Source of the DNA: an uncultured Arcobacter sp.
GTDB lineage: Bacteria > Campylobacterota > Campylobacteria > Campylobacterales > Arcobacteraceae
Assembly: GCA_965140705.1 (NCBI GenBank)
Contig: OZ223300.1
Location: 832,001 to 896,000, forward strand
Reading direction: 5' to 3'
Length of the DNA stretch: 64,000 nt
Within the stretch, counting starts at the first letter, position 1. Each line of letters starts with the position of its first letter. This document shows, one piece after another, positions 19,480 to 28,129 of the stretch. The position numbers and the translations under genes are program-made. Below the pieces are notes generated by a model, which had not been told where the DNA came from, did no database searches, and worked only from the letters and a program-made list of their open reading frames with translations.

Positions 19480-20600
19480 GATATTCTACCTCTTACTCTA
19501 TTTTTACCTTTACTTTTTGCATCATAAAGCATATCATCTGCATTTTTGATTATTTCATCAATTGTATTTGCATTAGTAGAATCGCTAACTCCAAAACTAG
19601 CAGTTATAAATAGATCTGAATAAGGTACTCTTATTACTAAAGTCTCAATTATTTTTCTAATATCTTCTGCAATACTTATTGTTGAATCTATTTTTTCATT
19701 TGGTAAGGCAATAATAAATTCTTCTCCACCTAGTCTTCCAAATATAGCATCTTCTCTTAAATAATTATTTATAGTACTTGCAAATAGCTTTAAAACTTTA
19801 TCTCCTATTTCATGACCATAGGTATCATTAAATTTTTTAAAATTATCAATATCTATCATAATTATACTCATAGGCTTATTTGATTTTTTTTGATTTTGGA
19901 ACATAGATTCTGCATGTAAAAAGAAACTTCGTCTATTTTTTATTTGAGTTAAATAATCTGTATGTGCCAAATCAAAGAGCCTAAGGTTAACTTTTTCTAA
20001 CTCCTTTAAAGTATGAGTAATTTGGCTTGTTCTTTGACTTACTTTCTCCTCTAATTGCTCATTTGCTGTTAATATATCTCTTTGATATAAATTTGTAATT
20101 ATTATAGTTAATATTAAAAAAACGATTGATAAAGAAGAAAAAACTTGAATTGAATTTTTACTTGTAATTATTATATGTTGCTTTGATTTTGTTTTGACAT
20201 ATAGTATGATTTTATTTCTCGCATCAAAAAAATGAAAGTCATTTATCAAAAATAAATTTAAATGATAAGTAGCTATTGTAATTCTTTGTTGATTGATTTT
20301 TTTACTATTTATTGTAGTTCTTACTAGGCATTCATCAAAATAATTTTCACATAATTTTTTAACTTCTTGATAGTAAGAATTTTCTTTTACTTTAGTATTA
20401 TGTGTAGAAATATTTAATACATAAATAAAGTTTTTAATATCTTTACTATTTTGTTTTTCTTCTATATCTTTGTATATTCCCATCGAATAATTGTAGCAAA
20501 TATAAAGGAATAAAAAAGTAATAATTACTAATGGTAACAAGAATACAATAGTTTTGTCATTTAATAATTTTCTCATGTCAACCTTACAATTTAAAAGCAA
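19476..20600 (-). CDS. Membrane-anchored diguanylate cyclase (start may be the ATG at 20576)
   Basis: Two TM segments, coiled coil, DIDNFKKFNDTYGHEIGD, RLGGEEF. Confidence 0.9.
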   Translation of the reverse strand: MLLNCKVDMRKLLNDKTIVFLLPLVIITFLFLYICYNYSMGIYKDIEEKQNSKDIKNFIYVLNISTHNTKVKENSYYQEVKKLCENYFDECLVRTTINSKKINQQRITIATYHLNLFLINDFHFFDARNKIILYVKTKSKQHIIITSKNSIQVFSSLSIVFLILTIIITNLYQRDILTANEQLEEKVSQRTSQITHTLKELEKVNLRLFDLAHTDYLTQIKNRRSFFLHAESMFQNQKKSNKPMSIIMIDIDNFKKFNDTYGHEIGDKVLKLFASTINNYLREDAIFGRLGGEEFIIALPNEKIDSTISIAEDIRKIIETLVIRVPYSDLFITASFGVSDSTNANTIDEIIKNADDMLYDAKSKGKNRVRGRIS

Positions 20601-20669
20601 TTATTATACAACTTTTATGTTTAAAAATACTTTTTATCATTATTAATCTTTTATATACACAAAATAAGG

Positions 20670-20675
20670 TATAAT
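20670..20675 (+). promoter_or_regulatory. -10 box for valS
   Basis: TATAAT followed by GC-rich CGCG, then SD AGGA before the ATG at 20705. Confidence 0.55.
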
Positions 20676-20704
20676 CGCGTAATTTTAGATAAATAGGACA
20701 ATTT

Positions 20705-23353
20705 ATGAGTGAAAAGTATGAACCTTCAATTGTAGAAGATAAATTTTATAAAATATGGGAAGATAGAGGTTACTTTGAAATAGATGGTAACAAAAACATA
20801 CAAGAAGATGGGAAGAATTTCTCAATAATGATGCCACCACCAAATGTAACAGGTAGTTTACATATTGGACATGCTTTGACATTTACATTACAAGATATTA
20901 TTACAAGATATAAAAGAATGGATGGGTTTAAAACCCTATGGCAACCAGGAACTGACCATGCTGGAATTGCAACACAAAATGTTGTTGAAAAACAATTATT
21001 AGCAGAAGGTACTACAAAAGAAGAGATTGGAAGAGAAAAGTTTTTACAAAGAGCTTGGAAACAAAAAGAGACTAGTGGTGGAAATATTGTTCATCAAATG
21101 AGAAAATTGGGAGTAACTCCTGCTTGGAAACGTGAACGATTTACTATGGATGAAGGTTTACAAGAAGCAGTAAAAGAGGCTTTTGTATCTTTATATAATG
21201 AAGGTCATATCACTCAAAATAACTATATGGTAAATTGGTGTACTCATGATGGGGCACTATCAGATATTGAAGTTGAGCATGAAGAAGTTAATGGTAAGTT
21301 TTACCATATGATTTATAAGTTTGCAGATGGAAGTGGTGAACTTCAAGTTGCAACTACAAGACCTGAAACATATTTTGGAGATACTGCAATTATGGTTCAT
21401 CCTGATGATTCTAGATATACGGATATTGTAGGAAAAGAAGTACTTCTTCCACTAACAAATAGAAAAATAAAAGTTATTACAGACTCTTATGTTGATATGG
21501 AATTTGGAACAGGTGTTGTAAAAGTTACTCCTGCCCATGACCAAAATGACTACGAAGTAGGGAAAAGACACGATTTAGAGTTTATTAAAGTATTTGATGA
21601 AAAAGGTATTTTAAATGAATACTGTGGAGAGTTTGCTGGACTTGAAAGATTGGAAGCCAGAAAACCAATCGTGGAAAAACTACAAGCTGAGGGTTATATA
21701 GTAAAAATAGATGAACATGTTCACCAAGTAGGGCATTGTTATAGATGTAAAAATATTGTTGAGCCATTTATCTCTCAACAATGGTTCTTAAGCTCAGATA
21801 TGGCTCAAGAATCTATTAGAAAGACAAAAGAGACTACAAAAGAAAGAGCAAAAAGTGGTGAGCACAATGGAACATTATTTCACCCAGCACATTGGATAAA
21901 TTCATATACAGCTTGGATGGATGAGTTAAGACCTTGGTGTATTTCTAGACAACTTTGGTGGGGACATAGAATTCCTGTATTTACATGTGATGATTGTGGA
22001 CATCAATGGGCCGATAAAGCTAATGAGCCAGAAGGGTGTCCAAAATGTAAAAGTAAAAAATATACTCAAGATCCAGATGTACTTGATACTTGGTTTTCTT
22101 CTGCACTATGGGCAATGTCACCTTTAGGTTGGGGGAATAATGGAAAACTAGAAGATTTATATAACTCTACTGATGAAGCAGATTTTTATCCAAATTCTTT
22201 GTTAATCACTGGTTTTGATATTATGTTCTTTTGGGTAGCTAGAATGATGATGATGGGTGAACACTTTAAAAAAGAGTTACCATTTGAAGATATTTATATG
22301 CACGCTCTTGTAAGGGATGAACATGGTGCAAAAATGTCTAAAAGTAAAGGTAATGTTATTGACCCACTTGATATGGTTGAAGAGCATTCTGCTGATATTA
22401 TTAGATTTACTTTAGCATATTTAGCAGTTCAAGGAAGAGATATAAAATTAGGAGCTAAAAACTTAGAGCAGTTTAGAAACTTCACAAATAAACTTTACAA
22501 TGCTTCAAACTTTTTACAACTAAATGTTGATACTTTCCCTGATTTAAAAGATTGTGAAATTAAAACTCCTCTTGGTATTTATATGCAAAGCAGATTAAGC
22601 GATGCAGTTGATGAAGTAAGAGCTACACTTGATACTTTCAAATTCAATGAAGCAGCTTCTATTCTTTATAAATTTGTATGGAATGAGTTTTGTGATTGGG
22701 GTATTGAGTATGCAAAAGCGAGTAAAGATTCAGTTGTAGAACTTGGAGCAATATTTAAAGAAACACTAAAAATGGTAAGTCCATTTATGCCATTTATTTC
22801 TGACTTTTTATATCACAAATTAAGTGGAACTTCTTTAGAAGAGGGTGAATCTTTGATGATAACAAACTTCCCTAAAGAAATAGCAAAAAATCAAGAAATG
22901 GAAAATATGTTTGCCATCATTGAAGAAGCAATTGTAGCAATAAGAAGAGCAAAAGTTATCATAGATATGGGTAATAGTAAAATCGCAAAAGCCTATATCA
23001 AACTTGACAAAGAAATTGATAAAGATGTAGCAAAACCATTTATAGAAAAACTTAGCAAGTGTGAAAATATAGAGTTCGTAGATACAAAACAAGAAAATTC
23101 TATAACAGATGTATCTGATAACTTAGAAGTTTACTTACCAACAGGTGAGATTGATATGACTCCTATTATCAATAAACTAACTCGTCAAAAAGAGAAATTA
23201 GAAAAAGAGATAGCAAAATTATCAGGAATGTTATCAAATGAAAGATTTGTAGCGAATGCTCCTGCTAATGTTATTGAAGAGAATAGAGCAGGGTTATCTT
23301 CTGCTGAAGAAAAACTTGTGAAGGTAGAGGCTGAGTTAAAGTCTTTGAGTTAA
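20705..23353 (+). CDS. valS: Valine--tRNA ligase
   Basis: PPPNVTGSLHIGH, WCISRQLWWGH, KMSKS, C-terminal coiled coil. Confidence 0.98.
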   Translation: MSEKYEPSIVEDKFYKIWEDRGYFEIDGNKNIQEDGKNFSIMMPPPNVTGSLHIGHALTFTLQDIITRYKRMDGFKTLWQPGTDHAGIATQNVVEKQLLAEGTTKEEIGREKFLQRAWKQKETSGGNIVHQMRKLGVTPAWKRERFTMDEGLQEAVKEAFVSLYNEGHITQNNYMVNWCTHDGALSDIEVEHEEVNGKFYHMIYKFADGSGELQVATTRPETYFGDTAIMVHPDDSRYTDIVGKEVLLPLTNRKIKVITDSYVDMEFGTGVVKVTPAHDQNDYEVGKRHDLEFIKVFDEKGILNEYCGEFAGLERLEARKPIVEKLQAEGYIVKIDEHVHQVGHCYRCKNIVEPFISQQWFLSSDMAQESIRKTKETTKERAKSGEHNGTLFHPAHWINSYTAWMDELRPWCISRQLWWGHRIPVFTCDDCGHQWADKANEPEGCPKCKSKKYTQDPDVLDTWFSSALWAMSPLGWGNNGKLEDLYNSTDEADFYPNSLLITGFDIMFFWVARMMMMGEHFKKELPFEDIYMHALVRDEHGAKMSKSKGNVIDPLDMVEEHSADIIRFTLAYLAVQGRDIKLGAKNLEQFRNFTNKLYNASNFLQLNVDTFPDLKDCEIKTPLGIYMQSRLSDAVDEVRATLDTFKFNEAASILYKFVWNEFCDWGIEYAKASKDSVVELGAIFKETLKMVSPFMPFISDFLYHKLSGTSLEEGESLMITNFPKEIAKNQEMENMFAIIEEAIVAIRRAKVIIDMGNSKIAKAYIKLDKEIDKDVAKPFIEKLSKCENIEFVDTKQENSITDVSDNLEVYLPTGEIDMTPIINKLTRQKEKLEKEIAKLSGMLSNERFVANAPANVIEENRAGLSSAEEKLVKVEAELKSLS

Positions 23354-23367
23354 GAAATAAAACTCTC

Positions 23368-23941
23368 CTCTCATGAAGACCTCTTTCGGTCTTCGCTTTT
23401 CTTACTTTTTGATCTCGAAAAAGTAAGCAAAAAAGACTGCCGAATTGATGAAGGCAAAGCTACCTTCCAGTTATATATTTATTTCCTGCCCTGCAAAACT
23501 CACTAAAATGACCATTTAGGTCATTTTTTAACGTTCAAACAGTTTCGGGCTTTACCAAAAATAAATATATAACTTCCAGCTTCATCAAAGGCAGAAAGAA
23601 ATACCTATAGTTCAAATTTTTATTTATAAAGTAATATCTAGATACCAAATATATTGCTACATCTACAGAAGCCGAACGTTTATTTTTCTCTTTTCTAAAT
23701 AAGATTGGTAACTGTCTGAGTGTTTAAAAGTTCCTAAATGGAAATTTTAATAAACGAGTTTTACCAATCAGAAAAGATAAAAATAATAAGTGAGGGTACC
23801 TTTGGCTTCGCAGCCGTAGTTGTTTTTCTCAAAGAGAGTGCAAGCACAAGGCTTACTTTTCGCCAATACATGCGGGAACGAAGTGACTAAATCCTGAAAG
23901 GTAAAAGTAAGAAAGCGAAGAGGTTTACCTCTTCAAGAGAG
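23368..23941. repeat. Structured palindromic non-coding element (MITE/REP-like) with terminal inverted repeats and two inverted internal stem-loop arms
   Basis: Left end CTCTCATGAAG-hairpin-CTTCGCTTTTCTTACTTTT matches the reverse complement of the right end CTCTCTTGAAG-hairpin-CTTCGCTTTCTTACTTTT; arms at about 23437-23594 and 23668-23809; partial second copy at 31769. Confidence 0.75.
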
Positions 23942-23946
23942 ATTAA

Positions 23947-23974
23947 TAATAAAGAAGATTAAACTTCTTTATTA
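23947..23974. terminator. Hairpin just past the sqr-small ORF unit
   Basis: TAATAAAGAAG-ATTAAA-CTTCTTTATTA, perfect 11-bp stem immediately after the small ORF stop. Confidence 0.55.
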
Positions 23975-23975
23975 A

Positions 23976-24128
23976 CTAGTGCGATTTTCTTACAACCAAT
24001 ATCATCTTAATATTAATCACAATAAATCTAACAATTTGCCATAAGATACAAGTTCTCATAAATCTTACAAACCTACTTGGTTTTGGTGGATAGTATGCTT
24101 GTTCATAAGGTTTAGTATTTTTATTCAT
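23976..24128 (-). CDS. Small basic/hydrophobic protein (50 aa) downstream of sqr
   Basis: Not in the ORF track. SD AAGGAG, then ATG: MNKNTKPYEQAYYPPKPSRFVRFMRTCILWQIVRFIVINIKMILVVRKSH*; starts 16 nt after the sqr stop. Confidence 0.8.
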   Translation of the reverse strand: MNKNTKPYEQAYYPPKPSRFVRFMRTCILWQIVRFIVINIKMILVVRKSH

Positions 24129-24144
24129 AATAATATTTCTCCTT

Positions 24145-25608
24145 TTATTCTGGGATTAAAGTCCAGCCCGGTTTTAATTGAGCTTTATATATAAACATAT
24201 AATGTAAAGTATGTTTAATCCAATGTCCTGCTGTTCCTACTTCTCCAAAAGTTGAGTCTTGGTCTCTTCCTGTTTCTGGATATTTTTCATAATCTGGAAC
24301 CACTGGATAAACTGTCATTGCAGCAGCTGTTCCTGTAAATAACCCCTTACCCGTACTTGCAACACAAGCTGCACCCATACTACTCATACTTGCTGTATGT
24401 GTAGGAGTAGTTGATTTTCCAGTAATCATATCACAAATTGAGTGAGCAACTGCTTTTCCCATAATTCCACTTGGCATTCCTGTTCTTGGTGGTGTTGGAG
24501 TAATCATTGTACCATTTGGTGATTTTTGTGGTTTTGAAATTGGATGTGGTGGTGCAAAGGCAATTCCAACAGCGAAGATATTTTTGTAAGTTGGATTTTG
24601 CAATGTTTTTGGCCAATCGCTAGCTTTCCAATCTTCATATGCTTTTGGAGTATAATCAGCATCAACTTTTAAAAATCCATTTGGAGCAAAAATTGTATCT
24701 GTAATATCACTTCCATCTTTAGCATATGCTTTTAAGCCAACTCCCGCAAATGGTGGAATCAACATAGCTAAATCAAACTCTTGAGAATGATACTCTCCGT
24801 TTAATAGTTCATAGTGAGCTAAGCCTTTTTCTATTTTATTTACATGAGCCCCTGTAATCCAAGTAAGTCCTCTTTCTGCATAAATTGATTCTGTAAATAC
24901 CCTTGAATGAGTCAAGTATCCACCTCTATTAATATGCATTCCTCCCATTCCAAAGTCACCCAATGTCTCTTCATTTGATATCCAAATTAAATTGGCTTTT
25001 TCTCTAACACCTCTTTTTTTAAGGATATGTTCAATATTGAAAATATATTCAAAAGCAGCACCTTGACAAGTACACATTCCATGTCCTGTTCCTACTAAGA
25101 TAGTTTGATCTTCACCTTTTGACATCTTTTCAATGCATTTTTCAAGTTCATGATATGCATGAACAGCATGGTCTGCTGTACAAACTGAGACAGTATTTCC
25201 ATCAACGTCTGGATCTAATCCGGGTGTTGCAGCAAAGTTTAATTTTGGACCAGTTGCATTAATCAAATAATCATAAGTAAGTTCTTCTGTTTGTGAAGCT
25301 TTATCTTCACTAGTATATTCAATAGTAACATAAGGCTTAAAATTATCAGTTTTTCCATCAGGATGAATAGATAATGCTTTTGCTTGTTTATATGTGATGC
25401 CAGCTTTTTTATATACAGGTGCCAAATCAAAAGTTACATCTTCTTTGCTCATTTCTCCTACTCCAACCCAAATATTTGATGGTATCCAATTCCATTTTGA
25501 ATTTGGAGTAACAACTACAACTTCATGGGATTTACCAAGCCATTTTGCTGCAAATGTTGCAGCAGTGTGCCCAGATACTCCCCCTCCTAAAACGACAAGT
25601 CTTGCCAT
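24145..25608 (-). CDS. sqr: Sulfide:quinone oxidoreductase family flavoprotein
   Basis: VVLGGGVSG FAD motif, WIPSNIWVGVG, YDYLINATG, GHGMCTCQGAAFEY, MLIPPFAG, PPRTGMPS, GAACVA. Confidence 0.85.
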   Translation of the reverse strand: MARLVVLGGGVSGHTAATFAAKWLGKSHEVVVVTPNSKWNWIPSNIWVGVGEMSKEDVTFDLAPVYKKAGITYKQAKALSIHPDGKTDNFKPYVTIEYTSEDKASQTEELTYDYLINATGPKLNFAATPGLDPDVDGNTVSVCTADHAVHAYHELEKCIEKMSKGEDQTILVGTGHGMCTCQGAAFEYIFNIEHILKKRGVREKANLIWISNEETLGDFGMGGMHINRGGYLTHSRVFTESIYAERGLTWITGAHVNKIEKGLAHYELLNGEYHSQEFDLAMLIPPFAGVGLKAYAKDGSDITDTIFAPNGFLKVDADYTPKAYEDWKASDWPKTLQNPTYKNIFAVGIAFAPPHPISKPQKSPNGTMITPTPPRTGMPSGIMGKAVAHSICDMITGKSTTPTHTASMSSMGAACVASTGKGLFTGTAAAMTVYPVVPDYEKYPETGRDQDSTFGEVGTAGHWIKHTLHYMFIYKAQLKPGWTLIPE

Positions 25609-25767
25609 AACTTTTCCTTATTATAGTATAATAACAAATTCTATATCTTTATAAATTATATAAAGCTTAAATTATAAGAATTTCTTATTTTAAATTATTT
25701 TAATATTTTTATAATTTTTAAAAATGTATAATTATAAATACTTATAATTAATTGGAGTAAAGTATTA

Positions 25768-26580
25768 ATGAAAACATCTTATTTAAGTCATCTATTAAAG
25801 GTATTTATACTTTTAATAATCTCTATGAATCTCTATGCTGAGCCATTAGAGTTATCTAGTTTTATTGTTAGTAATAACCAAAAGACAATATCAAGTAAGT
25901 ATAATGGATATATAGAAAAGTTCTATATAAATGAAGGTGATTATGTAAAAAAAGGCAAACTTCTTTTAAAAATAGATTCAAAAGAAATGTCAACATTAAA
26001 GTCTCAAACTATACTTAGTATTGAACAAGCTAAATTAAATTTTAATATTGTAAAAAATGATTTAGATAAAGCTACAATTGATTTTGATAGATATAAAAGA
26101 CTTTTTGAAAAACAATTGATTTCAAAAAGTGACTTTGAAAACTTTCAACTAAAAAAGAGCAATCTAGAAAAAAATCTACAAATAGCAAAAAAATCAATAA
26201 GACAAAGTGAAGATAAACTTCAAGAAATAAATAAAAATCTTAAATACCTAAATATAAGAGCTTCAAGTGATGGTTTAATAATTAAAAAAAATATCAATGA
26301 GGGTGAATTAGCAACAGCTGGAACACCTCTTTTAACAATAAGTGATGTTGATAATTTAAATCTTTATTTAGATGTAGCTGAGAGTGATTTATCAAAATTT
26401 AGAGAAAAAGAGAATTTAGATATCTATATTGAATCACTTAATATAAATCAAAAAGCAAAAGTAGTAGCAATATTACCAAGTGTTGACTCTGGAACTAATA
26501 GTTTTAGAGTAAAACTAAGTTTTAAAAGAACAGATAAAAGAGTACTTCCAGGAATGTACGCAAAAGTGAGAGTTGAATAA
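25768..26580 (+). CDS. RND periplasmic adaptor (membrane fusion protein)
   Basis: GYIEKFYINEGDYVKKG lipoyl half, coiled coil, IRASSDG, LPGMYAKV. Confidence 0.9.
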   Translation: MKTSYLSHLLKVFILLIISMNLYAEPLELSSFIVSNNQKTISSKYNGYIEKFYINEGDYVKKGKLLLKIDSKEMSTLKSQTILSIEQAKLNFNIVKNDLDKATIDFDRYKRLFEKQLISKSDFENFQLKKSNLEKNLQIAKKSIRQSEDKLQEINKNLKYLNIRASSDGLIIKKNINEGELATAGTPLLTISDVDNLNLYLDVAESDLSKFREKENLDIYIESLNINQKAKVVAILPSVDSGTNSFRVKLSFKRTDKRVLPGMYAKVRVE

Positions 26581-28129
26581 AATGGATTATAAATCTATAA
26601 AAGTACACAATATTGGTGGACTACTTTCTAAAACTTTTCTTCATAATCCTTTAACTCCTATAATTGCAGTTTTTATTTTGCTATTAGGGTATATGGCACT
26701 TACTTTTATGCCAAGGGAAGAAAATCCACAAATGATTGTTTCTGGTGGAAATATTATTGTTTCATTACCTGGTGCAACACCCCAAGAAGTCGAAAATGTT
26801 ATTGTAAAACCAATTGAGAGAAAAATGAAAGAGGTTTTAGGAGTAGAGCATATTCAAGGAATAGCAAGAGCAGATGTGGGAATTGTAAATGTTATGTTTT
26901 ATATTGGTGAAGATAAAGAACAATCAAATCTTAAAATGTATGACAAGATGATGCAAAACTTAGATATCTTGCCAAGGGGAGCTAGTCAACCTTTGATTAA
27001 GCCACTTGATATTGATACAGATATACCTATTTATTCTATTGCTTTTTATTCTAAGGATAATAAAATTAGTCAAGCTAATTTATATGAAAAAGTAAAACAG
27101 CTACAACAAAAATTTAACTCTATAGAAAATATAGCACAAGCTAATATTATTGGTGGACATAAAAAACAATTTAATGTTATTCTTGATACTAATAAACTTA
27201 ATCGATACAATTTAACAATAAATGATGTAAAACAAGCACTTAATGCAGTTGTAATTAATGCTCCTGAATTAAAAAAAGCTAGGGGAAATGAGATAAGAAT
27301 TGGAAGTATAAAAAATGTACTTCAATCTATAAATGATGTTCAAAATATAATTATTCCCACACCTAATAGAATTGTATATTTAAAAGATATTGCAACTATA
27401 AGTGATGGAGTTGACTTTCAAAACTATAAAAAAGCAGAGATTAATTTAAAAGATAAAAATCTTTATCCTCAAGTTACTTTAACTCTATCTAAATTAAAAG
27501 GATCAAATGCCGTTGTTATAGCAGATGAAGTGACTGAAAGATTATCTCAAATGAGAAGTGAATTAAAAAAAGAGGGAATAAATTATACTATTACTAGAAA
27601 TGATGGTGAAAGAGCCAATGATGCGGTAACTGAACTTATGTTTCACCTTTTGATTTCAGTTGTTATTATTATTTTGTTATTGATATTTGTCCTTGGTTGG
27701 AAAGAAGCGATGATTGTAACTTTTACAATTCCAGCAATTTTTGCAATAACACTTTTTGTTGCATATTTAGGTGATCAAACAATAAATAGAATTACTCTAT
27801 TTGCTTTTCTTTTATCCCTTGGACTTTTGGTTGATGATGCTATTGTTGTGGTAGAAAATATTCATAGACATTTTCATAAAGAAGATAGTAAAGATAAAAC
27901 AAATGAAGAGATTATGGTAGAAGCAACTGATGAGATTGGAGCTTCTACAAATATAGCAACTATAGCAATTATTCTAACAATGGTACCTATGGCATTTGTA
28001 GGGCAAATGATGGGACAATTTATGAGACCAATTCCTCTAAATGTACCAGTAGCAATGGCTGCTTCACTTATAATAGCATATATATTTACCCCATATTTTG
28101 CAAATAAAATATTAAAAAGAGGAAAATAA
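26573..28129 (+). CDS. AcrB-family RND transporter, N-terminal half
   Basis: PREENPQ, periplasmic domain, TM2-6 with INRITLFA, GLLVDDAIVVVENI, GQFMRPIP. Confidence 0.88.
   Translation: MNKMDYKSIKVHNIGGLLSKTFLHNPLTPIIAVFILLLGYMALTFMPREENPQMIVSGGNIIVSLPGATPQEVENVIVKPIERKMKEVLGVEHIQGIARADVGIVNVMFYIGEDKEQSNLKMYDKMMQNLDILPRGASQPLIKPLDIDTDIPIYSIAFYSKDNKISQANLYEKVKQLQQKFNSIENIAQANIIGGHKKQFNVILDTNKLNRYNLTINDVKQALNAVVINAPELKKARGNEIRIGSIKNVLQSINDVQNIIIPTPNRIVYLKDIATISDGVDFQNYKKAEINLKDKNLYPQVTLTLSKLKGSNAVVIADEVTERLSQMRSELKKEGINYTITRNDGERANDAVTELMFHLLISVVIIILLLIFVLGWKEAMIVTFTIPAIFAITLFVAYLGDQTINRITLFAFLLSLGLLVDDAIVVVENIHRHFHKEDSKDKTNEEIMVEATDEIGASTNIATIAIILTMVPMAFVGQMMGQFMRPIPLNVPVAMAASLIIAYIFTPYFANKILKRGK

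Noticed and set aside
23368..23941. CRISPR array, T-box or riboswitch explanation for the valS downstream region
   Set aside because: There are no direct repeats with spacers, and the region is 3' of two convergent genes and not in a leader.
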